From: Phoronis australis
Lineage: Eukaryota; Animalia; Phoronida
Direction: 5' to 3'
Length of the DNA: 64,000 nucleotides
Assembly (NCBI GenBank): GCA_002633005.1
Contig: NMRA01000331.1
Span: 342,267-406,266, forward strand
Below the pieces are notes generated by a model, which worked only from the letters and a program-made list of their open reading frames with translations, had not been told where the DNA came from and ran no database searches. A program made the position numbers and the translations under genes. Positions 23,310-36,399 of the stretch are shown piece after piece (position 1 is the first letter of the stretch; each line of letters opens with the position of its first letter).

Positions 23310-25573
23310 GTTAAGCGCCTATCCCCGACTTTTAAAGAATGAAAATTTAGTGCCCAGTGCTAAGGAAACGCACGATTCCCCTACTTTTAGAAAAAGATCG
23401 ATGATCACAATGAGCGCAACGACGCCGGGGGCCTCCGAGACGGGGATTTAGCAATGTGAATTACAATACAAGTAACGAGTTATTGTCTAGGGTCATGGAC
23501 TCACTTCAAAATATAATACTTGAACGTTTTTGTCGCTTTATTTTCTTCCCATGTTTGCAAAGTTTAAGGACGCCACAGGCGTCGAAACCTCCGTTTTCAG
23601 CGACTTTGTCTGCCGCGCTGAGTTTCCGTCTGCAGTGCACTAGATAAAACATATATTCGAAAAAATCAGGCCAGAGAAATGTGACAATGGTTTTGCCAAC
23701 CCTCCAAATTCTATTGAGGTAGGAAGCTCTCGTATTTTGAACAAATCTCACAACTCACGGAAAGATGTCAAATTCTCAATATTTTGATGAACAATGTAAC
23801 TGCCGGGTTATAGAAGATGTGTGGCGACCGAAGGGACTGTACAAGTGCTTTACGGGTTACCGATTTCGTTGCTGCCTATCGATTTCTGAATTAAAAGGTT
23901 GGCAATAATGTATGTTTGTGTAATATGATCTTGAGGTAATGAAAAGCTGCTAGTCAAATTTGTTTTTCGCTTATTGCATCTCAGTCAAACTGGCGTTTGC
24001 AGATTTAACTAATGTTACTGGCTGTTCTTTACTATTTCTTGCGTCAGCCCCCACGTAAGCATGACTGTGTGAATTATCGTTTCCACATCCCCTTTTTAGC
24101 CATCCAGAATAATTTTGTTTATACATTGGCCAGTTTAAGCCTGAACAAAAATTCTTACCATTCAAGTCTGAAATATGTGCGACGTATTCTGACTGAAAAT
24201 TGGCGATAGTGGGTAGGATATGCACGCAGCTACCTATGTGCATGGTGTTAGGGAGCATCGAGCCGGGAAATATCGGAATAGACTTGACATCGCAGTTTTG
24301 GGGAACATTGGCAACGTAGGAATATTGTAAAGAACTGGGTCTTTCGTAACAACAGCTTAAAAGTACATAGTCACGCCCGTTTTTGTTACTTAGGGCTATT
24401 CTCTTTTGATGTGTGACTTTGTAGTGGTGCACATGCACAAGTTCCCACACTTTGCAGTGCATGTGTCCTTGACACCAACATGTGATTCACATGTGACTCA
24501 CACGTAGGCCCTACGTGCGTGCTGAATCCCGCCGCTATCTTTGGCCATAAAAAACAAGATGCAATTCCAAGTCACGACTGTCAGCCGACTGAGACATTGC
24601 GCGCTAACAGCAGGACCGAACAGTGCCGCAGTGCGATATTGCAAGTGATATAGATAGGATAATCTGGACATCTTGCATGAAAAATAAATGTTTTTCCACC
24701 AGGAAGTTTGGTAAGGTGATCGTTTAAGAATGAATTGAAACATCGCTGTTTTATGGCGTTTTATCACATATTCATGCTGTGGCTCGAAATTTTATTCTTG
24801 ATTGACGAGTGGCTCACGACCACTTAACCCCGATTCTTGTCTTAGTTCTTTGCCGAGCATGTTTGGTGCAACGGCAAGTAAGCAATGCTGGGCGGTCGAG
24901 AGAAAACAGCTAGTCGTAGAACCATACGCTGAAAATGTCACTGAGTCACGGAGTGTCGACTATGAACATCCGAAATACAAAAAAACATCTGAGTTAAGTT
25001 TCTCAAACTTTATTACAACTAATTTTAAAACTGCTCTCTGACTATGAACTTGGCAGCTCAGTGCGAGACTGTAACCATAAATTTGATGTCTGTTGTGACC
25101 TGTGCAACACGTGAAGCTTGCACGCGCGCACTTTATCAAGGTCACATCTTGAAATAGTTGCATTCTAAATAGAGGCTGCGTGGTCAATGGTCGTCTGCGC
25201 TCTAGAGGGCAAAGTAACAAGACCGCAGGACGCCACGGGGCTATTACTCAGCAATTCTGTAAATTTAATAGTGAATAACTAACCTGAGCGCAAGAGAATC
25301 TTTGTTGGGATCATCTGCTGTTATGACATTTTTCCCGTCATGTGGCGACGTGATGATAACGCTCTTTGAAAAGTGCTATGCGTGCTGAGTACGAGGTAAG
25401 ATTAACCGCCCAGGGTGGTTGCCTGTCGTAATAAGCGCCCTTGTTCGGTTAACCGCTCACCCTGAATTTCCTGAAGTTTCACGTTTAAGCGCCCATGTCT
25501 GGTTAACCGCCCACCCCCGATTTTTTGGGTTTGCCAATTTATCCGCCCAGGGCGTTAACCCGAACGTTTAGGG
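23310..25573. mobile_element. Larger member of the TA-inserting CCGTA...TACGG family, left end eroded
   Basis: Right end GGCGTTAACCCGAACGTTTAGGG-TA and TTAA(C/G)CGCCC subterminal repeats (25400-25573) match the MITE at 41371-41582. TTAAGCGCC at 23311. Confidence 0.55.
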
Positions 25574-27165
25574 TAACATCCTCCCTTCTCTGAAAGTTCT
25601 TACTCATGGTCCAGTGTTCATATCTAAAATTCTCCAGTCTGTCTTCAGCCACAGTACATGTCATCCAGTGGTGTCCAGTTTAGTTAATAGAAAACAGATG
25701 TCTTTAGTTTATCATAAGAGACAAATTCCAGCATAGTAACAAATTAGTGTAAACAATCTTCTTAGTTCAGTTAAGGGATAGCATCTGTGTTCTGGAATCA
25801 AAACAAACACAAGCTACTTATGGATCATCCCAGTAAATAGTTAGTAAATTGCTTCTATGGGTCATCCAGTCAACTCTGGGTGGACTATCAGAGTGACAAA
25901 AACAAACAGTGTTTGGTATTATTCTGACCAATTTCCTCACTGTGAGTATCTCACAGGTGGTTTAGTCACTCTCCCAGATTTGGTTGTCACAGGATGATTA
26001 GGTCTTACTTCACTTTTGATGGTGTGTTGGCCGGAGCTTTCTTTGACCGATTTTTCATCAACCGTGTGTTCCGATTTGTTGTCTGCAGGCTTGGCCTGTC
26101 TGACTTCTTTTGACGGCTTTGTGTTGGCGATTTCGACGAACAACACTTGTCGGGGTTTCAATAGAGTACGATCACTGGTCAAGCCATTTCAAAATAGTAC
26201 CTTTGGTCCATTCTTTCTGAGCAAGTGTAAAGGGTTGCAAATGCACAGAAGCTCCCTCTTCCAAATCAGACAAGTCTTTCGCGGATTTATTGTAATAATG
26301 TGCTTGTTTGTGTTTTTGACGCTTCAGGTCGCGATCAGTGTGCTTCTGACTAACTACTTCAGGTTTGAGCAATGAAGTAGCTACTAAATAAACATCACTA
26401 CCAGAATCTTTACATTTCCTGAATATACGCTTGGCAGTTTTCACGGCAGACTCTGTTTTACCGTTGGCTCAACTGTTGCCAGGACTGCTTGTTGCGTGAA
26501 CAGTATCCCATGATTTACAAAATCTTATCAAATCATGGCTCATCAATGGTTCTGGAGGGTTTGCTGTCTCGAATTTTCTGCATGTGTCGCAGCCAGAGAT
26601 ATAATCTCTCATCTCTGCTGTCATATTCGGTCAGTAGATAGATTCTCTTGTCCATCTCAGGCATCCATCTTTTCCAAGATGTGAGGAGTGAATCTTTTCT
26701 TTGAGTATACGCCTTTCAGGCTAGCTGGCACCACAACGCGTTCACCTCTGAAAATTACACCATCATGTTTAGCTAGCTCATCTCTGATAGAGAAATACGG
26801 TTGCACCCGTGGTGATACTTGTGCCTTTTCGTTAGGCCAGCCTTCTTGGATGACTGATTTCAAAGCAGTCAAACTTTGATCAGCCTCTGTTGCTCTTCTG
26901 GTTGCTTCTAGTCGCGAATCAGTTATTGCGATGAACTGTGTGGCATTCACACATTCAAACTCATTCTTGTTGTGCCTTTCTGTCGTAGGCATATAGGCCC
27001 TAGATAAAGTATCAGCGAGATACTTTTGCTTCCCTTGGCAGTATGTTACCACTAGATCATACTTTTGTAGTCACACCATCATGCCTTGAAGTGGTTTCAG
27101 TGCACAGGTAAGGCTTTTCTTCATGATGATTTCAAGTGTTTTATAATCGGTGATCACATGGGTTG

Positions 27166-27430
27166 TGTTGTGTATCTTACTTTGTCAAATAAAGTAGACA
27201 CTCCATTAACTACGCAGTGAAACGAACAGAATTGAACTGAACACTAAACTGTTTTATTCCATATATCACAATAATATATATACACACAACTACATAACAA
27301 CATATGATGCGTTATCTATGACACACTTCCTGTACTAGGAATCGTATGATATAATAGTAATTAAACTACTGAACTCATAAACAATAACAACCTACAAACA
27401 TCCTGTTATTGTGTGACTAAGTACACAACA
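27166..27430. mobile_element. Solo LTR with 5-bp TSD (Copia/BEL type) inserted in the Gypsy RNase H
   Basis: TGTTGTGTA...TACACAACA; GGTTG TSD at 27161-27165 and 27431-27435. Removing it rejoins FHQYTFGGT-T-HVITD. Confidence 0.88.
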
Positions 27431-29078
27431 GGTTGTTCCCCCAAACGTGTACTGATGGAATTTCTCCACACTCCAGGTTATTGCAAACATTTCTTCTTCT
27501 AGTTGGGCATAGTGTGTTTCTACGTCTCTCAATGTTCTGCTCACAAATGCTAGCGGCTGACCCTCTTGAAGCAGTGCCTCTCCAATTCCAGTCTTACTAG
27601 CGTCGCACTGGATCGAAAGCTCTTTCACCGGGTCATAAAATTTCAGTACAAGGGCCTCTGACACAAGTTTCTTCACTTGCGTGAGTGCACTTTCTTGTGC
27701 GTTGGACCACGTCCACGGCACATTTTTGCGTGTCAAATGCCTAATAGGTTCCATCACATTTGACAGTCTAGGTAGGAATTTAGCAAGGTAATTCACAAAT
27801 CCGTTCAGTCGTCTAATGCCTTCAATATCGGTAGGTTTTGGCATTTCTTGTACTGCCGTCACTTTCGCAGGGTCAGGCTTCAGACCATCTTGTGTGACCA
27901 TGTGTCCCAGAAAAGGTACTGACTTCTGTCGTATTCGCATTTTAGATCGGTTAAGACATATTCCAACTTCTATGAACCGCTGAAATAGTTTTTCAAGCAA
28001 CGAATACAACTCCTAGTAAGTCACCAACGCAGCTATACAGACGCTTTGTGAACAATTCGCTGCTGACATTTGTACCAAATGGAAGACGTAACCATGGTAA
28101 TCTACCAAACGGGGTACCGAACGTTGTCAGGTAAGAAGATTCCTCATCAAGCACTACATGCCAATATCCAGATTTCAGGTCAACAGTCGAGATAATTCTT
28201 GCCTCCGTCAGTAGAAGTGTTCTCTTTTCAGAGCCTTGTTCAAGGGTCGGGATCTATGCATATTCAGAGATCGCCTGATTTCTTTGTCGCTACCACGAGA
28301 CTGCTTACCCAATCGCTTGGCTTATTCACGGGCGCTAGTACCTTCTGGTCGGTCAGCTTATCTAATTCCAGTTTTAATTGATGCTTCAACATTGCTGGAA
28401 GGCGTCGGGCAGACATAACAACTGGAGTTACGGCAGCATCAACTTCCAGGTGTAGCACACCAGGTAGTGTTCCCGGCAATATCATCATTGGAAATGTCTG
28501 CATATTTCTCAAGCACATCGCCACGGTTCTCAATGCTACACATATTCTCACTATTCACAGTAATCAGACCCATCTGTTTGCATGTGTTGGCACCTAGAAT
28601 GGGGGTCAAATTCTCTGATATCACACAGAATTCGAAGTTGTAGCATCTACCATTGGCAGCATTCTCAATTTTAGCTGTACCCTCTCCTAATGGTTTGATT
28701 CCTTCTGAACCGCACCACCCGAATAGCTTCTTCGTTGGTGGCTTTAGCCTCATTTCAGGGACATGTTTAGTAGGTATTGCATTCACTGATGCACTGCAAT
28801 CTATTTGAAAGCGAATATTCTGTCTGTTCACTTTCATTGTCGCATAGATTAGCTTATCAGACTCGACAGCATTTACGTTAACGGAGTTGAGATAGCCATC
28901 ATCTCTGTCTTCGCCAACAGTGTTCACATTGCGTTTGGATTTTCTCTTACAAACAGCCGCAAAGTAATTTCGGTTGCCACATGCTGTGCAGGTTTGTTCA
29001 TAAGCCGGACACAATTCTTTGCTCATAGCATGCATTTTGGCACAGAATTGACATTTCTTAATGCTCCTAGCCTTCTGC

Positions 29079-29097
29079 NNNNNNNNNNNNNNNNNNN
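29079..29097. other. Assembly gap
   Basis: Run of N. Confidence 1.
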
Positions 29098-30759
29098 AAA
29101 TCCGCCTATGGAATTGTCCATTTGCACCATTAAGATCTTTAAATTAGGCCTACCTTCTTATGAACTTGGCATTTTTTATAGTTTCATTCCATAAAGGTAG
29201 CTTTCATTTAATTTTGAAGGTAGCGTGATCACTAAGTCGTGGTATGGTTACAAAACATTACAAGTCTGGTGTGGTAGTTGCAAAAATAGGGTACTTACAA
29301 AAATAACTCAAATTCTTTTTAAAGCTTCATAAATCTAAATATCATGTTTGAACAACTTCAATATGAGCTCTCTCTAACTCTACAGACATAGTGTATACTA
29401 GAGGTACACGTCAAAAAGTAATTTAACAGTTTATTTTTAGTGACAACAGCTTGACCAAGGCTGTGAGTTGCGGCAGTAATCCAGTGCCCTTCCGTGTGTT
29501 GATCGAATCTCTGAATTTTTTACAGTTTATGAATAACATAAATGTACCTCTGATACGAAACAAAATAAAAAACATAAAATAAAAATATCCTTAAAAACAA
29601 CAATTTCCGGGGACTACCACTAGCGTGCTGAGATCTAGCAGGTGCCGAGACAAAGGCAGCCAGACGTAGCCAACTCGGGAGTCAAAATCTGAGATAGCCC
29701 TGCACAATAGCCACCAAGGTTTGTGTTTATTATAGTCTTCGAGTTATCAAGCAACATCGCTAAGTTCAGCTGCTCGTGTAGCTGTACAGTTTGCCCATAG
29801 TTTACGCTTTTCAACATCATTTTTCGGCTTAGGACATGCCAAAAAGTGACGGGATATTATTCTGGAGCAGCGTAATGGCTGTTGGTGATACACATGTCAT
29901 ATCAACACCGTTTCCCCATTCTTAGCAGACAATTTCTTAAACTATAGACTAAAGTAAGTTTTACTCGACTGCGTGTGGTTTGTTGGGTAATATGGCGGCT
30001 TGGAAACGCAGACAAAGGTGTGCCAAGAATGCTGCGTTCTGATTGGTCAATTAAGCCGTCCGTCATAATCCTGGCAATAGGTCAATTGACAATTGCACGG
30101 CAAATGTCGTAGGTTTGTCAAGAAAACATCAAAAGACTCACCTTGCTGCTTCAAAGAGTTGAACAAATACCTTTCCTATGTAACGTTGGTCTGTCTAATG
30201 ATGTGGTCGTCAAAGCGGGTAATGGTTGTTGCAATGGTCTTCTCGCCATCGAATGTAAAGCCGTTGTAAATTCACAGAGAGTCCTTGCCAATGCAGTTTA
30301 AAAACATTGCCATCAAGTTTTAACAAAAGGGAATAATTAGTCCACTGTTGTTTCCACGGTTCCCACTGTCCGATTATGTCAGCGGCGGACAAATCCAGTG
30401 TCTGGTGATTTGATTGCGGATAGGAATTTGTCAGTTACTTCGGCCATGTTGGTATCATTGTAGAATGTCTCCAACACTATAATCAGTGTTCCACTGGCTT
30501 TAACTCTAAAACTAATGAGTTCGCTTCCACCATGTATGAAAACCTCTTTCAAATACAACTCTGTGTTACAATTTTACGTGGGTATATTTTAGAGATCTAC
30601 AAAATACATCTTTTCACTATGCTGTCTAACTCTCAACTGAAAACTTGTATGTCAGAACTAAAGATCATATGTTCATTGAGTCATAATCAGATTTCAGAGA
30701 ATTGTTTTGCACATCTTACACAATCTATGATTCTAGCTACCAGTGCCATATAAGGTTAT

Positions 30760-31600
30760 GTTTTGAACTCTGCAAGTTTAATGAAAACCACAAACAACAG
30801 CTGCTGGTCATCTCTTAGACCTAAGGTATTCGTACAGGTAGGCGTGCGTTCAGTAGGACAAGTTTCTTGAGAGAAAAGACAGGTCACACCATACTCCGCT
30901 ATTTCGCGGTATATTTTATTGATTGTGTAAAGATTTTCTTCCCCTGGACACTTAGGCAACCAAGCACGTGCTAATGATTGACAGGTCTTCGTACTTCAAA
31001 TACTTTGAACTTGGGCTACCAAACACTGCTAATGATGGACAGGTCTTCTTATTGAACTCTTTAAACAATGTAACATCTTATATAGATTGTATATTTCTTT
31101 TTGAGTTCAAAGCCCACACCACTGTTTTTCAAAGCAGGTGCTCAACAATCCGACGATACTACTATTATGCAGTAGGAGTACTCGGTCAGATGCCAAAACA
31201 ATGAAGCAAAAACACATCTCATACAAAGTCATCAGGCAAATCAAAACTTCAAAAAATAAGTTTTTGACCATGTGGAACATGGACAGAATGTTTGACTTGT
31301 GCTAATGGCAAGTTGATTTTTTGCGCTCTTGCCTTTGGTTGGGCGCTTCCATTTTGGTGTCAGGAGTGAAAGTCATCAAAAACATGCGTTTCACCAAGAC
31401 AGGAAGTTGGCTTGGCACCATGCACCAAGTCTTTTAAATTTCAATGCTCAGGGTAGTTATGTTTCTTGTACTGTCATGGGGAATTACAGAAAGGTTGGCC
31501 ACGGATGTAATATCCATGTCAAGCACTGCTTAGCAGATTTTACAGCAACTGAAATACATTCGACAAGCGCCATTTCATTGCTGTTCGTACGACTGTGTTT
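30760..31600. mobile_element. Diverged, inverted copy of the internal region of the 48726-50217 element
   Basis: For example, 31335-31410 is the reverse-complement homologue of about 49320-49390, and 31450-31580 of about 49080-49220. Confidence 0.6.
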
Positions 31601-31629
31601 GGGGAGAGCCCTTCCGGTTCGACCTCATT

Positions 31630-32120
31630 GTGTTGTCGGCTGCGAATTAAACTCGTTAAACTTACAACTCTATGTCTAGTTTATCTGGCGTGATGGCAGC
31701 GACATGGCTACAACCCGAGCTCCAAAACAGTGGCCGCTCACTAAAAATGAGACCATTACTTCATTTGATAGCTGGAGGCAGAATTTATTATACATCCTTT
31801 TATTGGACCCTCACTTTGCGCCATTTCTTGTCGACGACGTTAGTTGGCTAAAAAAGACAGCCGCTGCTCCACTGCGTGGTTTGACCGAAGACCACGATGA
31901 CACCCCAGAACCGCCGCGGCGTTCTGCTCACATGAAACTGGCTCATTTAGAGCTCATGCTGGGACAAATTGCCAATTTTTGTCCCGTCATATCCCGTAAT
32001 TTTATCGTGAAGTCGTCCACCTCTGTCCAGGACATTTGGCAGAAAATCTGCCAACATTTCGGATTCGCTTCCACAGGAGCACATTTCTTAGACCTGGGAC
32101 TCATATCATTGGATCCTAAT
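31630..32120 (+). mobile_element. 5' end (LTR remnant + gag) of a third copy of the Gypsy family at 837-7429
   Basis: [30 protein letters not shown]...[13 protein letters not shown] from ATG 31704 is nearly identical to the gag at 7429-7060. It is cut at 32121 by another LTR element. Confidence 0.88.
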
Positions 32121-34691
32121 TGTTGAGTGATAGCTTAAGCATAGTTAGTTTATTTAGGTTCCAATAGATGGCGCTTGCCTACATACTTTGTCCGTTACGT
32201 CCTCAATAAAGGTCAAGTTTAGAACTTAAAAAGCTCTACTCTAAATGCTGATTTTGCATACACAAAATCACTTATCGCAACATGGTGGCAACGTATATGG
32301 ATCACTGACCGTACATAGAACCCTCTGGTGCCATTTTGTGCTTATTGTTTGAACTGTCACAGTCTGACGAGTTACTGCTGACCATGTGTTGATTGCCAGG
32401 ACAGTCTGCCTTACTGTTCTCCTTCTGTGCCTGTTAGTTGTACTGTAGTTCCCCAATGCTCACAATGCCTCCCAAACCAGTATCTGGCGTTAATCCTCCA
32501 TCTGCCCCTGACCTATCAGGCCTGTCTGCGAAGAATAACTGGAAACTTTTCAAACAAAAATGGGAGAACTACTGCATCCTATCACAGTCAAGTGACTCTG
32601 CTATTACATGCTGTGGGTGATGATGGACTTAAGATCTACAATGGTTTTCAGTTTGACACTGAAGAGCCCACTACTGCAGTCATAATTGCCAAGTTTGATG
32701 CTTTTGCTGTAGGTGACCTTAACGAAACCTACGAACGTTTCGTCTTTAATCAGCGCAATCAAAAGGATGAGGAAAATTTTGAGCAATTCCTAGCTGCGAT
32801 CCGGCTCCTCATCAAGACATGCAACTAACCTACTCAATCTCAAAACTCCATTTTGAGAGATCGAATTGTTTTAGGCATCAGTGACAAGGAAACACAATGA
32901 CAACTCCTGCGTGAGCCAAATCTAACCCCGGAAAAATGTATTCCTATCTGTAAAGTGGCGGAAACTGCAGCTGAACACGTGGAGGCGTTACAGTCTGAAC
33001 CTGTGGTAACACGGGTAAATACTACCAGAAAACCTGCTCACAAACCTTCAGCCACGTCAGCGCCTATGGTCTGCAAATTCTGCGGTTTGACACATCGCAT
33101 GCGAAAGGCAGATTGCCCAGCCTGTGGCAAAACGTGCTCTAACTGCAATCAGCAAAATCATTTTGCGTTCAAATGCCCAACTGCTCGTAAGGTTCACAAC
33201 ATGGACGCTGATGAGAGTGACGATGGATATCTGCTCACTGTAACTGGAGACAAAAAGCCTCACATCACTGCCAAACTCATGGTAAATAGTAACCCTGTAC
33301 ATTTCTTGCTAGATACTGGTCCTGACATCAATATTATTGGCCCTGGCGATATTAGACAAACCACCTGTAAACTCGTAATGTGGAATGGCACACGCGTAAC
33401 ACCAGTTGGTGAAACCACTCTGTCGGTGTTTAATGAATGCACCAACCTAACCCAAGATGTAGTTTTTGTAGTCATACCTGATGACAAGCGCTGTATACTG
33501 GGACTCAGGACAGTCCTCGATATGAATCTGATCACAGTCAATGACCACCACTTCATATCTCAAGTAGCGAAAGAAACAATGCGTCTCGGGGACCTGGGTA
33601 AGGCTCATCTCTCGGTGTCCAAATATGAAAACCTTGTGCTTTGCCCTGCAGAAATGTGCCTGTTGCATTGCGGGATTCTGTAAAGGAAGAAATCAACCAC
33701 CTAGTCACCCTTGGAGTCTTGGTACCCATAACAGAACCTACTAAGTGGGTCAGTCAGATGACTGCGGTTCATAAACCTAATGGCAAACTGCGGCTGTGCA
33801 TAGATCCCCAACCCCTGAACCAGGCATTGCTTAGAGAGCACTACAAACTTCCTACAGTGGACGACGTACTGCCTATGCTGACACATGCTAAGGTGTTCTC
33901 GAAACTGCAGAACGCATTCTGGCATGTACGATTGGATAGAGAGTCATCAGAACTTACTACAATGATAACCCCTTTTGGACGTTTCCGATGGGCAAGACTC
34001 CCATTTGGACTTAAAGTGTCCAGCGAAGTATTTCAACGTCGACTTACTGAAGCCCTGAGTGGGTTAGAAGGAGTATTCACAATTGTGGATGACATAATTG
34101 TAATTGGATGCGGACAGACTAAGACCGAAGCAACAAAAGATCATTACGCTAAGCTGAGACAACTCTTTGAACGCTGTGAACAGAGACACATCGTCTTAAA
34201 CCAAGACAAGAAAGAAATCCAGAAATATGAAATAACCTTCCACGGACTTCTCTTCACTGACAAGGGTATGAAAGCTGATGATCGGAAAATAGAAGCTATT
34301 TGGCATATGCCGTCGCCCACTGATGTCCTGTGTGGAATGGTGCAATAGCTCTCTCGATTTCTACCTGGTTTGTCTACTGGCCTAGAACCTTTGCATGCTC
34401 TAACAAGAAATGACTCTACGTGGAACTGGTCCTCTGCTTGTGATGCTGTTTTGCAGGTGGTGAAAGCTAAGCTGGCACAGACTCCTGTTCTCGCTTACTT
34501 CGACAAAGATAAAGAAACAATTGTCCAAGTTGATAGCAGCAAAGATGGTGTGGGTGCTGTTCTCCTCCAACAAGGGCATCCAGTTGAATAGGCGTCTCGC
34601 TCACTAAACCAACCTGAGAGAAACTGGGCCCAGATCGAGAAGGAACATCTCTCTGTTGTATTCGGCTTAGAACGTTTTGATCAGTACAAAT
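32121..34691 (+). mobile_element. Gypsy retrotransposon: 5' LTR + gag/pro/RT/RH, 3'-truncated
   Basis: LTR TGTTG(32121)...CAACA(32282) with AATAAA; PBS TGGTGGCAACG; gag (WKLFKQKWENY, ERFVFNQRNQ); zinc knuckle; FLLDTG; RT IVDD; RNase H VQVDSS...WAQIEKE. Confidence 0.9.
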
Positions 34692-36399
34692 GGTAAACGA
34701 TGGAATTTTTATCAAAATACGTCGTCGCGCTAAGCCTTATTACTGCTTATTTCCCTGGTGCAAGTCTTCGACAGGTAGCCACAAATTTCCAAAAGAACTA
34801 AGGTTATTATATTCGTGGACAATTGCGGTCAACGGGGTCAACTAAGTGACAACAAGTGTGTGGATGCTGAAGCCCCATGTGTGCTCTATGACTATGCAGT
34901 TCCATTCGGAGACTACACAACATTACTTGGTAAGTTTTTAGCAATCAGTTTCTATCAACATCGTTTGGTGAAGTTATCCCCACCAGTCACCCCACTGAAT
35001 AACAGTTTTATTGAGTGGAACTAAGTGTTTCTGTTTGGAAACTCACCCGATGCCGGGTAGGCTAGCAGCACATATTCATATTGTCCTGGGTCGGAGTGCT
35101 CCCAAAATAAGAGTTGTATTGTGCGTCATGGACAGAAGTCAAGAGTGACTTTTTCACAGCAGTTTCTCTTCAAAACTATGCTGTTTCCATTAAAATTCTC
35201 TAGATGAGTGAGTTTCCTTATTTTATCGTGGACCCCACCCCCAGGATCACCAGCTCAGTTATCAAATTAACTTGAATAAGCCTTAATTCAGTAAATGTCA
35301 TTACATTGCATTGGAAAAAAATTGACACCTAGAATGAATTTTACTTGTTGAGATCAGAAGCACATTTTAAGTGTCATGAAAAATACACATTGTTAAATCA
35401 CTTTTAGCCTGTTTCACATATTTTAATTCAGATATTGAATAAGACTTGGGTACAAAGGTTATTAGTTTCTACACATAAACATGAAGATGAAATGTATGTG
35501 TGTTCTGCCTTACAAAAGTAGTTTTGTCTTTTCTTTTACAATTTGCTAATATTTCTATTCTGTTTCAGGCAAGAAAAAACAACTGAAACCTGACCATCTA
35601 TTTCACCGTTGGACAAAGTGAAAAGCAATCCTTCAGCAATAACCTGAGAGAAATGAACGTAATTCATAAATTCAGCACCTGATATGCCTGATAATGGACT
35701 CACTCGCAATGTTGATTCTTTCTGTGCTTTTTCAGTTTGCCATTTGTTTTTAAATACACTCATTGTCTGATTATTGTTTATTCTCGAATCTTGAGCATAG
35801 CAGATTCTTATCCAGCTAGCTACAATTGAAAACATACAATAAGACAATCGATGCAGTCACTGAATGTCATTTCCCCATAATCTGTACCAAATTGAAAAGT
35901 TTTTACCAATAGTATAAAGCCTTTCTTCTGAAAGGAAAATTTAATGTCACTCAGCTTTTGGCTTTCATTTCACTGGGTTCTTGTTTCAATAGCCTATAGA
36001 AGCGCTTGTAAAAAAGGTCCAGTTTCAACACGTGGCTTTCTTTCATGTAGCCTCATTCAGCCTCAATAAAATCCACAATTAGACCCTTGAAGGTAAACAC
36101 AGCAGCATATCACTTGAATCGTTTTGAGCCCAAAATCAGACTCTGACCTAGACCAGAGTGTGACTAGGTCTTCCTTAGCTTCAGTCCCTCATGTTTCTTT
36201 CAGGAAAGGAAATAAGCTATTGTCCACACATGACTCATTGCCTATGAAAGGGCATCCTTACCAACAAGGCTTATTTGTGTAGCAGTCAGAAATAGTTCGT
36301 CTGGATACACAGACACTTCACTGGCGCATTGTCTTATGGTAACTTAGTACTGCGATTCACATTTCTCCAGGGCCACTGACTTGCACATTGTGCCATGCA

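Larger units (their letters stand above)
25579..30532 (-). mobile_element. Gypsy retrotransposon internal region (degenerate; contains a gap, an unrelated insert and a solo LTR)
   Basis: PBS TGGTGGAAGCG after ...TACA at 30533; gag ATG at 30447; zinc knuckle and protease (FQIDCSAS) at 28439-29035; RT/RH at 27392-28551; integrase remnants at 25937-27052; PPT GAGAAGGGAGGA at 25579-25590 followed by TGTTA. Confidence 0.85.

Noticed and set aside
23971-24462. 163-aa ORF inside the TA-family element
   Set aside because: No recognisable motif; it cannot be distinguished from a chance ORF without a search.
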